Shown in pieces: positions 10,175-19,011 of a stretch of DNA of 64,000 bases (its first letter is position 1; each line of letters begins with the position of its first letter). Source of the DNA: an uncultured Nitrospinota bacterium (lineage in GTDB: Bacteria > Tectomicrobia > Entotheonellia > J063 > CAVPRW01). The position numbers and the translations under genes are program-made. The notes under the pieces are model-generated. The model saw only the letters and a program-made list of their open reading frames with translations. It was not told the origin of the DNA and searched no databases. The stretch covers positions 48,657-112,656 of the forward strand of contig CAVPRW010000041.1 in assembly GCA_963707985.1 (NCBI GenBank), in the 5' to 3' direction.

Positions 10175-10696
10175 CTAAACTTCCGGACCGACCGCGGGTA
10201 ACAAGGCGAAGCGTTGCAGAAGTTCTCGTAAACGCACTCCATTAACCAGCTCAATCGGCCCCCCCACCGCCGCCGTGTTGGCTTCATCCGAGAAGAAGCC
10301 ATTTGTAATGAGGACGCCCTTCGAGGCACCCTCGCCCTTGACGGAGTCGATCAGCGCGAGGACTTGCACCGCCTCAACCACTTCCCCTGCCTGCAACAAC
10401 TCGCCGTGTATGACATACTGCCCACCCACGATCGGTGCCACATGCACTGCCATCACTTCAAGTTGTCGGCTACCAATTGTTGTGGAGCGCTCGACCTCCA
10501 GGCCCAGCTCCTGTAACAATCGCCGGGAAACCCATTCAAAACGCTCAAGCGTGAGGCTCAATGGCAGGAGTGCTTGTCCATCCCCGAAACCCGCTTCTTG
10601 TTGCTCCTGCGACACCGGCGCCGGCATTTTCTTCATCGCGAAAATCACCCCAAACCCCAGGATGATCGCAACAACGATGGTGATGAACATGAACAT
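10175..10696 (-). CDS. Membrane-anchored Mrr-like restriction-endonuclease-fold protein, catalytic motif degenerate
   Basis: N-terminal TM (FITIVVAIILGFGVIF); FEWVSRRLLQELGL and KGVLITNGFFSDEA...IELVNGVRLRELL match the Mrr_cat pattern; an upstream TTG start at 10741 is also possible. Confidence 0.75.
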   Translation of the reverse strand: MFMFITIVVAIILGFGVIFAMKKMPAPVSQEQQEAGFGDGQALLPLSLTLERFEWVSRRLLQELGLEVERSTTIGSRQLEVMAVHVAPIVGGQYVIHGELLQAGEVVEAVQVLALIDSVKGEGASKGVLITNGFFSDEANTAAVGGPIELVNGVRLRELLQRFALLPAVGPEV

Positions 10697-10742
10697 GCCC
10701 CCGCACGCGGCAGTCAACGAGTACAGTAGCCGCACACGCAAG

Positions 10743-10910
10743 CTATTTGATCATTTCACTATAGATATCATCCTTCTTGCCCTGTTCAATCAGCCTGTCG
10801 TGCTTCAACGCCTGTCGAAAGGCGACCCACAGACAGAAGATCACGGCCAGGAGCATCCCCACAATGGGTAGGTTATCGGGTTTGGTGAGAATCTCCCAGA
10901 AATGCTCCAT
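10743..10910 (-). CDS. Small single-TM protein associated with the cytochrome b cluster (55 aa)
   Basis: MEHFWEILTKPDNLPIVGMLLAVIFCLWVAFRQALKHDRLIE...; AAGGA RBS; first gene of the cluster. Confidence 0.8.
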   Translation of the reverse strand: MEHFWEILTKPDNLPIVGMLLAVIFCLWVAFRQALKHDRLIEQGKKDDIYSEMIK

Positions 10911-10979
10911 CGCTGCAGTCCTTTCCGACTTTTGCATCGACCCAGTCCGGCTCCAGGAGCCCTGCTGAAAGCGTGCCCA

Positions 10980-11009
10980 AACATAATTGACCCTGGCCGT
11001 TCTTGTCAA
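10980..11009 (-). promoter_or_regulatory. Putative sigma70 promoter of the cytochrome b/c-atp cluster
   Basis: Minus strand: TTGACA-18 nt-TATGTT; overlaps a TTGAC-N13-GTCAA inverted repeat (10987-11009). Confidence 0.45.
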
Positions 11010-11267
11010 GGAATTTTTCCCGCGTTAGATAGCACCAGAAGACCGACGACAGCGGGTTGGCAGCCATATCAGGCGGGCGGAAGACTTATGACCACGGACG
11101 CCACTCGCGGTCATAGGGCATGGCTGTCGTAGCACCTGAGGAGAGTGGTAGCGATTGTGGTCGGGGATTTTGTGCTATAATAAATAGGTATGTAGCTAGG
11201 AATCTCCTTCAATGGTAGCACACGTCATGGTCCGAAAGAACTTCCCCTCATACTCGGTGAGGATCAT

Positions 11268-11675
11268 ATGGAGAAAGAGCCCACGAAGACCAACGTCGAT
11301 CGCATGTGGAAGTTTGCACGCACATTTGCGGACAAGAGCGGCACCTCCTTTCATCCGAACCTCGAGGTGACTGAGGTTGTCGTCAAGGGGTTAGCGCTGC
11401 ATCAGGACGAACTCGGTAAACCCTTGTGCCCGTGCAATTTCTACCCTGACAAGGCCGAGGAAGCCAAGAAACGACGCTGGATTTGCGCCTGTGATGAGAT
11501 GCAGGCTTATAAATACTGTCATTGCCTGCTGTTCGTGCGTGATGATGGCCTCCCCATTACTGAGTACCTCCCCGAAGACCACGAAGGTCGACAGATCTAC
11601 GGACTTGTCAAGGATCCGACACCCGAGAAGGGGCGGGCGCTGCGTCACAAAGCTGGAGCGCCAGCGGAAGAGTAG
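11268..11675 (+). CDS. ftrB: Ferredoxin:thioredoxin reductase catalytic subunit
   Basis: CPC...CAC...CHC 4Fe-4S/disulfide pattern (LCPCNFY, WICACDEM, YCHCLLF); TGCTATAAT extended -10 near 11173-11181. Confidence 0.92.
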   Translation: MEKEPTKTNVDRMWKFARTFADKSGTSFHPNLEVTEVVVKGLALHQDELGKPLCPCNFYPDKAEEAKKRRWICACDEMQAYKYCHCLLFVRDDGLPITEYLPEDHEGRQIYGLVKDPTPEKGRALRHKAGAPAEE

Positions 11676-12253
11676 TGATCCAGGAAGGCTGCGGGGTGTG
11701 CTACTCTTGCCCAGGGCAATCGCCATGTCTTCGAGGCGCACTGCCTGATGATGCAATAGAACGGGTGGCGTGTTGCGAGTCCCAGACGGCGAGCTAAAGG
11801 TCGACGTGCTGGGCCAGCACGCGCGTCCCGCCATTGACGTTGGGCCTATCGGCGCGTGAGTGATCGTGTCTGCATGTGGTTAAAAAACTTAATGCCCGGA
11901 CAACGTCCTGGCACAGAAACCCGGGGTGAGCCGCTACCGCGATCAGATTAACCCTTGGTCAGCACCAAATCAAGCGTAGCTCATGGGCAGGACAGCGCTT
12001 GGTTCATCGCACTGATTGTTTGGTGACACCGGACTATGAGGAGCATCCATAGCAGCTGGGGAAGTCCTTAGCAGGGGGCCTGTGGATGAGTGTGTCAGGC
12101 ATCTACAGCTCATACAACTACGCCTCTGTATGCTGAGTAGCATTGATCGAAGCGCCAGAAAAATGGAAGCCTCGTGTGCTCGCAACCCTACCGGGCCACC
12201 CATATGCCCGACCTGACCACTGGGGGAGTATGGGGATAGCTTTGACCCGGAAC

Positions 12254-12739
12254 CTACTCGATTCGTCCGAAGTCTTCCGGTTTTAAATTCTCAATCCAAT
12301 CGCGGACGGATTGTGCATCCTCAGCGGGCTTGTCCTCTGTCAAGTCGATACTTTTGGCCTCGCGGATGACCTTTTCGGCAACAAAGATCGGGGCCTTCAC
12401 GCGTAAGGCCAAGGCGATGGCATCGCTCGGACGTGAGTCGATAGCCACCTCAGTCCCATTCACTGTCAAGAAGATGACTGCGTAAAACGTGTTGTCGCGC
12501 AGGTCGTTCACGACGATTCGCGACACCTTTGCCTTGAGGCCTTCGAGGATATTGCGAATGAGATCGTGAGTCATGGGACGGGGCGTCGTGATCCGTTCCA
12601 TCTCCATTGCGATGGCGTTGGCCTCATTGGCGCCAATCCAGATCGGTAAGGCACGATTCCCTTCAACATCTTTCAGAATGACAATGGGCATATTCGTTAA
12701 TGGATCAAGCGTCAGACCCTTGACTACCATTTGTAACAC
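12254..12739 (-). CDS. Bifunctional nuclease family protein (DUF151)
   Basis: [34 protein letters not shown]. Confidence 0.93.
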   Translation of the reverse strand: MLQMVVKGLTLDPLTNMPIVILKDVEGNRALPIWIGANEANAIAMEMERITTPRPMTHDLIRNILEGLKAKVSRIVVNDLRDNTFYAVIFLTVNGTEVAIDSRPSDAIALALRVKAPIFVAEKVIREAKSIDLTEDKPAEDAQSVRDWIENLKPEDFGRIE

Positions 12740-12742
12740 GGC

Positions 12743-14089
12743 TCAGTCCTCCCCTCCGCGGTCACTTCGGTCAGTGCAGACCTTGCCTTCAAGGCTGTGT
12801 GATCCCCCCTGTTCGATACATACTGTGACGAGGGAACCAGTCAAGGACGGATGACCCGCGAAGTTCACGGGGCGGTTTTGTCGCGTGCGGCCGGTAAGCT
12901 GCACGCTCCCTTTTTTACTAGGCCCCTCCACCAGTACTTCCTCGCACCGTCCGATCCGGGCTCGATTGCGGCGAAGCTGAATGGTTTCCTGGAGCGCGAG
13001 CAGCGTGTTGAAGCGCTCGCTCTTGACCGCCTCGGATACCTGGTCGTCAAACGTTGCCGCACGCGTTCCAGGACGTGGTGAATATTTAAACAGGTACATT
13101 GAATCAAACTCGACGGCTTGAACAAGCTCCACGGTCTGCGTGAAATCCGCGTCTGATTCGCCGGGAAAACCGACGATCACATCGGTCGAGAGGGAGACAT
13201 CAGGCACCAGCGCACGTAATCGCTCCACCTGGACGAAGTACTCATCTCGGCTATAACCGCGGTGCATACGCTTCAGTGTGACAGTCGATCCAGATTGTAC
13301 GGGTAGATGGATATATTCGCACACCTTGTCCAAAGTTCCTACTGCCTGCATGAGCTTTTCCGAGAAGTCTCGGGGATGGGAAGTGATGAAGCGGATGCGC
13401 TCAATCCCAACTATAGGGTTAAGCATTTCCAGGAGGTCTGCGAGGTCCTTTCTCTCGGGAGAGCGCTTACCGTAGGAGTCTATATTCTGACCCAATAGGG
13501 TGACTTCTTTGTAGCCTTGGTCCGCGAGCGCTTGCACTTCGTCGACAATCGCCGCCGTCGGCCGGCTCTGCTCACGTCCTCGGGTGTAGGGCACAACGCA
13601 GAACGTACAGAACTTGTCGCACCCCTGCATGACCGTCACCCAGGCTTGATAGGGATTGTCGCGGTGGATGGGAAACAGTTGCTCGTCCCAAAGCGGATTG
13701 TCGGCGAGATCGCTGAGCTGGTGGCGACGCGCCTGGACGCCTGTCAAGAGTGCGGGGAGCTTGGGAATATTCTGCGGCCCAAAGACGAGATCGACGTGCG
13801 GTGCACGCTGAAGGATGTGTTCCCCCTCTTGTTGAGCCACACAGCCGCAAACACACACGATAAGGTCAGGATTATGGCGTTTGAGCCACTTGAGTTGACC
13901 GAGCTGGCTATAGACTTTTTGCTCGGCCTTATCACGAATGCTACAGGTGTTCAACAAAATCAGGTCGGCACCACGTGTCTGGCTCGTGATCTCATAGCCA
14001 AGACCAATGAGAATGCCTGAGATGCGCTCGGATTCGTACTTGTTCATCTGGCAGCCATAGGTGATGACTGCCGCGCGTTTCGGCTCCAT
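12743..14089 (-). CDS. miaB: tRNA-2-methylthio-N6-dimethylallyladenosine synthase
   Basis: TYGCQMN, NTCSIRDKAE, radical-SAM CDKFCTFC motif, C-terminal TRAM domain; the ORF is open up to 14125. Confidence 0.96.
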   Translation of the reverse strand: MEPKRAAVITYGCQMNKYESERISGILIGLGYEITSQTRGADLILLNTCSIRDKAEQKVYSQLGQLKWLKRHNPDLIVCVCGCVAQQEGEHILQRAPHVDLVFGPQNIPKLPALLTGVQARRHQLSDLADNPLWDEQLFPIHRDNPYQAWVTVMQGCDKFCTFCVVPYTRGREQSRPTAAIVDEVQALADQGYKEVTLLGQNIDSYGKRSPERKDLADLLEMLNPIVGIERIRFITSHPRDFSEKLMQAVGTLDKVCEYIHLPVQSGSTVTLKRMHRGYSRDEYFVQVERLRALVPDVSLSTDVIVGFPGESDADFTQTVELVQAVEFDSMYLFKYSPRPGTRAATFDDQVSEAVKSERFNTLLALQETIQLRRNRARIGRCEEVLVEGPSKKGSVQLTGRTRQNRPVNFAGHPSLTGSLVTVCIEQGGSHSLEGKVCTDRSDRGGED

Positions 14090-14167
14090 GCGTAGCCTGT
14101 CGAATGACTCGCCTAAGATCGACAAAATCGTGGAGATCCGCGACGGTCGCGGCCTGCACAGCGCTTA

Positions 14168-14196
14168 AATATAGCGAGACGCCTGGGGGTTGTCAA
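14168..14196 (-). promoter_or_regulatory. Sigma70 promoter for miaB-DUF151
   Basis: Minus strand: TTGACA-17 nt-TATATT. Confidence 0.7.
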
Positions 14197-14338
14197 GGGA
14201 AGCAGCATGGTGATGTAGGCACTTAGCGCCTATCGCAGCAGGCTTGCCTGTTGGCCTATAATGTCCGCACAGCGCCGAGGCCAACACCCCCGGAGGTATC
14301 TGGCAGGGACAATAACCCTGCCCTGTGGTGACCCTCTG

Positions 14339-15208
14339 CTATAATCCTAGCAACGCACGTGAAATGACCGCTTTGGCACGGTAGGGAGGACCCCCCACAT
14401 AAGAAAAACGGGCATCCACGGCGGCGCTGACCAGCATCGCCGCATCGATGGGATCCACGTCCAACTTGTACATCAACAACCGTGCCATCTCGTTCACGGC
14501 CATGTGGGAGGCAGCTTCCATGGTGTCGCCCTCGCCAGTCGTCATGATGGCATCCTGGGTGAGGACCACAGGGCGATCGACTTGCAACACCGTCGAGACG
14601 TCGCAGCGCAGCGTAACCTCTGCACCCATCTCGACCGCGGAACTTGCACTCTCGCCATCCCCCATGGCGGCATGTACATCTTCGATAGTCAGCAGGGCTC
14701 CCTCCTCAAACACTGGCAGAAGTACCCTGGCACCAGGGCCAATAGCGATGTTACTCATCGCTCCCCCGAAGGGACCTACGCTGTTGCAGGACTTAGGATC
14801 ACCGGCTGGGGCGACGCCCATGCGGCCGATCATCGGCGCATATGGGAGGGCAATCCTGTCATTGAACCAGACGCGGTCACCGTCGATTTGCACTTTCCGC
14901 CGGCGCCATTCATCGACGCGGTTTTTCAACATCGCACGTCCCGGAATGGCCACAATCCAGCCATAGCCCAGACTCGGGGTGATATCGAGCACCTCGATGG
15001 AGAGCGTGTCCCCCGGCTCTGTGCCCCCAACGTATACCGGGCCAGTCATGGACATCAAGAGATCCAACGGCGCATCATCAGGGCTCGTATAGCCCTGGAA
15101 ACGATCATTGGTCTCCATCACAAACGTTTCTCCCATACCGACGTGAATCGCGGGGGGGTTTGCACCACTGTAGGCGCTAACACGCTGGCTTTTGTTGACC
15201 CGTTGCAT
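14339..15208 (-). CDS. Acetamidase/formamidase family protein
   Basis: TGPVYVGGTEPGDTLSIEVLDI, PMIGRMGVAP, DVHAAMGDGE. Confidence 0.88.
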   Translation of the reverse strand: MQRVNKSQRVSAYSGANPPAIHVGMGETFVMETNDRFQGYTSPDDAPLDLLMSMTGPVYVGGTEPGDTLSIEVLDITPSLGYGWIVAIPGRAMLKNRVDEWRRRKVQIDGDRVWFNDRIALPYAPMIGRMGVAPAGDPKSCNSVGPFGGAMSNIAIGPGARVLLPVFEEGALLTIEDVHAAMGDGESASSAVEMGAEVTLRCDVSTVLQVDRPVVLTQDAIMTTGEGDTMEAASHMAVNEMARLLMYKLDVDPIDAAMLVSAAVDARFSYVGGPPYRAKAVISRALLGL

Positions 15209-15478
15209 GGCGACTCTCCCGAGTGATTGAGGTAGTTCTCGAATAGACTAGCCTGCGCAGCATAGCGTGTTTAGCAAACTATGGCAAGTGCGAGGGATAC
15301 GATCGCTGGGGGCGAGTGCGGAACTTTCCATGGGGCTTGGCCTTCTGTTATGATAGGCCGAGCGCAAGGATAGCACGACCGAGACGACTTGTTGGCCCGC
15401 ACCGATCACCGATAGGGAGATAGTGGCCTAGGGCTGATCGATGGTCTACGAGAAGACGCAGACTGAGGACGCATACTA

Positions 15479-16501
15479 ATGATCGATCTCTATAGCGATA
15501 CCATGACGAAGCCCACCGTGGCGATGCGTAAATGCATGGCGGCGGCCGAGGTAGGTGACGAGCAGAAAGGAGAAGACCCCACGGTCAATCGGTTGCAACA
15601 CATGGTGGCCGAACTCCTGGGCAAGGACGCAGCCGTCTACCTACCTTCCGGGACTATGTGCAATGAGATCAGCTTCGCGGTGTGGGCGCATATCGGGGAT
15701 GAAATGATCCTCCACCGCGACGCCCATCCAGCCCATTTCGAGGTCGGGGGACCGGCCTACCTGGCGCGCCTCATGTTGTATCCGCTTGATGGTCCGCGCG
15801 GCCTGTTCACGGCGGCGCAAGTAGAGGAGGCCATTCGTCCGGAGAGCCCACATTATCCGCGCAGCCGCATAGTCGAGATCGAAAACACGCACAATCTGGG
15901 TGGGGGCTCGATCTGGCCCTTAGCGCAACTGCAAGCCGTCTGTGACATGGCACACCGGTACGGGCTGGTGACCCACCTCGACGGCGCACGATTGCTCAAT
16001 GCGGTCGTTGCCACTGGCATCTCAGCCAGAACCTATGCGGAACCCTTTGATTCTGCCTGGATCGATTTGTCCAAAGGGCTTGGCTGTCCGGTTGGGGCGG
16101 TGCTCGCCGGCTCGTATGCGTTTATCAAAGAGGCCCGTCGCCTCAAACATCTGTTCGGTGGGGCGATGCGTCAGGCGGGTATCATTGCCGCTGCCGGAGT
16201 GTATGCCCTAGAACATCATGTGGCGCGGCTCGCCGAGGATCATGCGCATGCCGCCAGGTTGGCTCAGGTTTTGGCGGAGTTGCGAACGGTGAGTCTCAAC
16301 CCGACGGACGTTGAAACCAACATTGTCATCTTCGATGTAGGGGCCAGCGGTCGTGGGGCCAAGGAGATCGGCGAACGCCTTGAAGAGGCGGGGGTGCGGT
16401 TGAGCGTTATGGGGCGTACTAAGCTGCGTGCGGTCACACATTTGGACGTCTCACGTCAGGATGTCGAGCGCGCCGTCGACGTGTTTCGTCATGTGCTGTG
16501 A
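15479..16501 (+). CDS. ltaE: Low-specificity L-threonine aldolase family (PLP)
   Basis: DLYSDTMTKP, PSGTMCN, ENTHN, HLDGARLLNA, LSKGLGCPVG. Confidence 0.92.
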   Translation: MIDLYSDTMTKPTVAMRKCMAAAEVGDEQKGEDPTVNRLQHMVAELLGKDAAVYLPSGTMCNEISFAVWAHIGDEMILHRDAHPAHFEVGGPAYLARLMLYPLDGPRGLFTAAQVEEAIRPESPHYPRSRIVEIENTHNLGGGSIWPLAQLQAVCDMAHRYGLVTHLDGARLLNAVVATGISARTYAEPFDSAWIDLSKGLGCPVGAVLAGSYAFIKEARRLKHLFGGAMRQAGIIAAAGVYALEHHVARLAEDHAHAARLAQVLAELRTVSLNPTDVETNIVIFDVGASGRGAKEIGERLEEAGVRLSVMGRTKLRAVTHLDVSRQDVERAVDVFRHVL

Positions 16502-16615
16502 GTGCTTTTTTCCTCGACACCCCAGGGCTTCTATGATATTCCATTACCATGATCTCTCGTATCAACCTGGTATCAATGTAGTTGCCGTAGTTGCCGCCCG
16601 CCTGGAGGCGCTACC

Positions 16616-17935
16616 GTGAGTAACCGCCTGTCCCGTATCCCCGGAGCTCGCCTTGGGATGCGCTACCTGCTCACTAGCCTAGGATTCTGGATTGTGTTCA
16701 ATGCCGGAACGCTCCTGTGGTGCCGGCAGTTTGAGGTGTTCTATTTTCGGGAGCCGTATATTCTGGCGCTGACGCATGTTGCCGCATTAGGCTGGCTAAC
16801 CACCGGGCTCATGGGGGTGATGTATATTACGTTGCCGGCGACATTGGGGGTGCGTCCGCATAGCCTCCGCATGGCATCCGTGCAATATTGGTTGCAGGTG
16901 GTGGGGATCGCCGGTTTGGCACTGACCATGAGCTTCGTGTCGCAGGCCCGGGGGCGGGTCGTGTTTGGACTGCTGACGCTGGGTGCCCTGGTGATCTTCG
17001 TCCACAATATTGCGGCGACGGTGGGCCGCGGCAAAATGTGGCATCTGCCCGAAGTTCATTTCGTGATGGCGGTGTTCTATCTGGCGATTACCGGGCTCAT
17101 CGGTATGAGCTATGTGTTTTACCTTAATGGCGGCTATGTGCCGCAAACCATGATATCATTGAAAGTCCATGCCCACTTCGCTGGGCTGGGCTGGCTAGCA
17201 CTCACGAGCATGGGGTTGACGTATAAGCTGTTGCCGCTGGAGCTTGGCGTGGACAACGTTCCCCAGCGCTGGGGTGTCGCCGCCAGTGCGCTGATCAATG
17301 TGGTCTTCTGGGGGGTCTTTTTCAGCTATGCTTATGACTGGCCTGAGCTGCGGATCGCATCGGCAGCGTTGGCGTTCGCCGCGATGATGTGTCATACCAT
17401 GCAGGTGCGGACGATCGCCCGATTGGCCAATATGTCTACTCTTCTCACAGGCGCGTTTTCCACCAGTATGTGGACCTATACTGTTCCCTCTGCGCCGGTG
17501 GGCACGGGTGCCTGGGGGCGTGAAACGCGCCCCAGAAGCCTGCTCTATACCGAAGCATCCTGCCTCTTTGGCGTCGCGGCCACACTGCTGGCCATGTTGT
17601 TAACGACCGGGGCGGTGGGGGACAGTCTTGCCGTCGAGTATGCCTATAGCTACGCCGCGGCCACCGGATGGTTTGGACTGTTTGTCACGGGACAGACCCT
17701 ATGGCTGCTGCCGCTGCTCCGGGATGTGGCGTACGGGCACGTACCTGGCCCGTTGTGGAAACAGTTGGAATTTCCCGGACAAGTGGCCGGTACACTCCTC
17801 GTGACCATCGGCTTGTTGGCGGGAATGGCTTTCATTGTTGCGCTGGGGGCCGCCGTGAATCTGGCCGCTTCCTTGCTGGTGACGGCTCGCAGCCTGCATG
17901 GGTGGCGAGCACAGCTCGCTCTGGCGGAGAGATAA
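16616..17935 (+). CDS. Polytopic membrane protein with heme-copper-oxidase subunit I/NnrS-like three-fold repeat
   Basis: About 12 hydrophobic segments; repeats THVAALGWL..MGVMYITLP, HAHFAGLGWL..MGLTYKLLP and YAAATGWF..TGQTLWLLP. Confidence 0.65.
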   Translation: MSNRLSRIPGARLGMRYLLTSLGFWIVFNAGTLLWCRQFEVFYFREPYILALTHVAALGWLTTGLMGVMYITLPATLGVRPHSLRMASVQYWLQVVGIAGLALTMSFVSQARGRVVFGLLTLGALVIFVHNIAATVGRGKMWHLPEVHFVMAVFYLAITGLIGMSYVFYLNGGYVPQTMISLKVHAHFAGLGWLALTSMGLTYKLLPLELGVDNVPQRWGVAASALINVVFWGVFFSYAYDWPELRIASAALAFAAMMCHTMQVRTIARLANMSTLLTGAFSTSMWTYTVPSAPVGTGAWGRETRPRSLLYTEASCLFGVAATLLAMLLTTGAVGDSLAVEYAYSYAAATGWFGLFVTGQTLWLLPLLRDVAYGHVPGPLWKQLEFPGQVAGTLLVTIGLLAGMAFIVALGAAVNLAASLLVTARSLHGWRAQLALAER

Positions 17936-17937
17936 CG

Positions 17938-18984
17938 ATGGAAGGACACGACACAAGACCACTGATCGCCATTACGATGGGAGACCCCGCTGGTATCGGC
18001 GCCGAGGTCAGCCTGAAGGCCTTGCTCGAGCCGGACGTCTACCGCTTATGCCGGCCACTGGTGGTGGGCACGCTGGGGGTGCTCGCCCAGATGCGGGATG
18101 TCTTGCAGAGCGCGCAGCACTTGCAAGCGGCGCACAGCCCCGCAGAAGGACGATACACGCTCGGAACAGTGGATGTGCTCGACCTCGCGGACAAGCATCC
18201 TGGCCCATTTCTATTGGGCGTTGCAGCCAAGGGAAATGGCGCTGCAGCTGTGGCGTATGTCGAGAGGGCCATCGCGCTGGCCCTGACCGCCGAGGTGGAT
18301 GCCATCGCCACGGCTCCCCTGAATAAAGAGGCCATGCGAGCTGCTGGATTCCCTTACGATGGCCATACTGAGCTGCTCGCCGTCAAAACAGACACAAAAG
18401 TCTACACCATGATGCTAGCCTCCGGCGATTTCCGCGTGTTTCACGTTAGCACCCACGTGTCGCTGCGCGGTGCCATCGAACGTGCCAAAAAAGCGCGTGT
18501 CTTGCAGGTGATCGAGTTGGCGTATCACGAAATCCAACGCATGGGTGTGGAAGAGCCACGGTTGGCAGTGGCGGGACTCAATCCTCACGCCGGCGAGCAC
18601 GGGCTGTTTGGCGATGAAGAAATTCATGAGATCGGCCCAGCCGTGGAGGAGGCGCAGGCACGCGGCTGGAGCGTCAGCGGACCCCTCTCACCAGACACCG
18701 TTTTCGCCCGCGCCAAGCGCGGCGACTTCGATGGGGTCGTCGCCATGTACCATGACCAGGGGCACATCCCCTTCAAAATGACTGAATTCGAGCTCGGCGT
18801 AAACGTCACGGTGGGTCTGCCCATCATTCGCACCTCGGTCGATCACGGCACGGCCTACGACATCGCCGGAAAAGGCGTAGCCGACCCCAAGAATATGGTG
18901 CAGGCCATTGTGCTGGCGGCCGACATGGCACGGCGACGTGTTCCCTTACCTCAACCCTCAGTGCCTGCGAGTGTGCCCAGTTAA
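17938..18984 (+). CDS. pdxA: 4-hydroxythreonine-4-phosphate dehydrogenase (PdxA/PdxA2 family)
   Basis: ITMGDPAGIGAE, GHTELL, LNPHAGE, AMYHDQGHIP, RTSVDHGTAYDIAGKG; ATG at 17938. Confidence 0.95.
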   Translation: MEGHDTRPLIAITMGDPAGIGAEVSLKALLEPDVYRLCRPLVVGTLGVLAQMRDVLQSAQHLQAAHSPAEGRYTLGTVDVLDLADKHPGPFLLGVAAKGNGAAAVAYVERAIALALTAEVDAIATAPLNKEAMRAAGFPYDGHTELLAVKTDTKVYTMMLASGDFRVFHVSTHVSLRGAIERAKKARVLQVIELAYHEIQRMGVEEPRLAVAGLNPHAGEHGLFGDEEIHEIGPAVEEAQARGWSVSGPLSPDTVFARAKRGDFDGVVAMYHDQGHIPFKMTEFELGVNVTVGLPIIRTSVDHGTAYDIAGKGVADPKNMVQAIVLAADMARRRVPLPQPSVPASVPS

Positions 18985-19011
18985 GAGGCAGGAGAACAAA
19001 GGGGGAAGACT

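Noticed and set aside
10175..10741. Mrr as an anti-phage type IV restriction system
   Set aside because: Catalytic residues appear lost, it is membrane-anchored, and the context is respiratory rather than a defence island.
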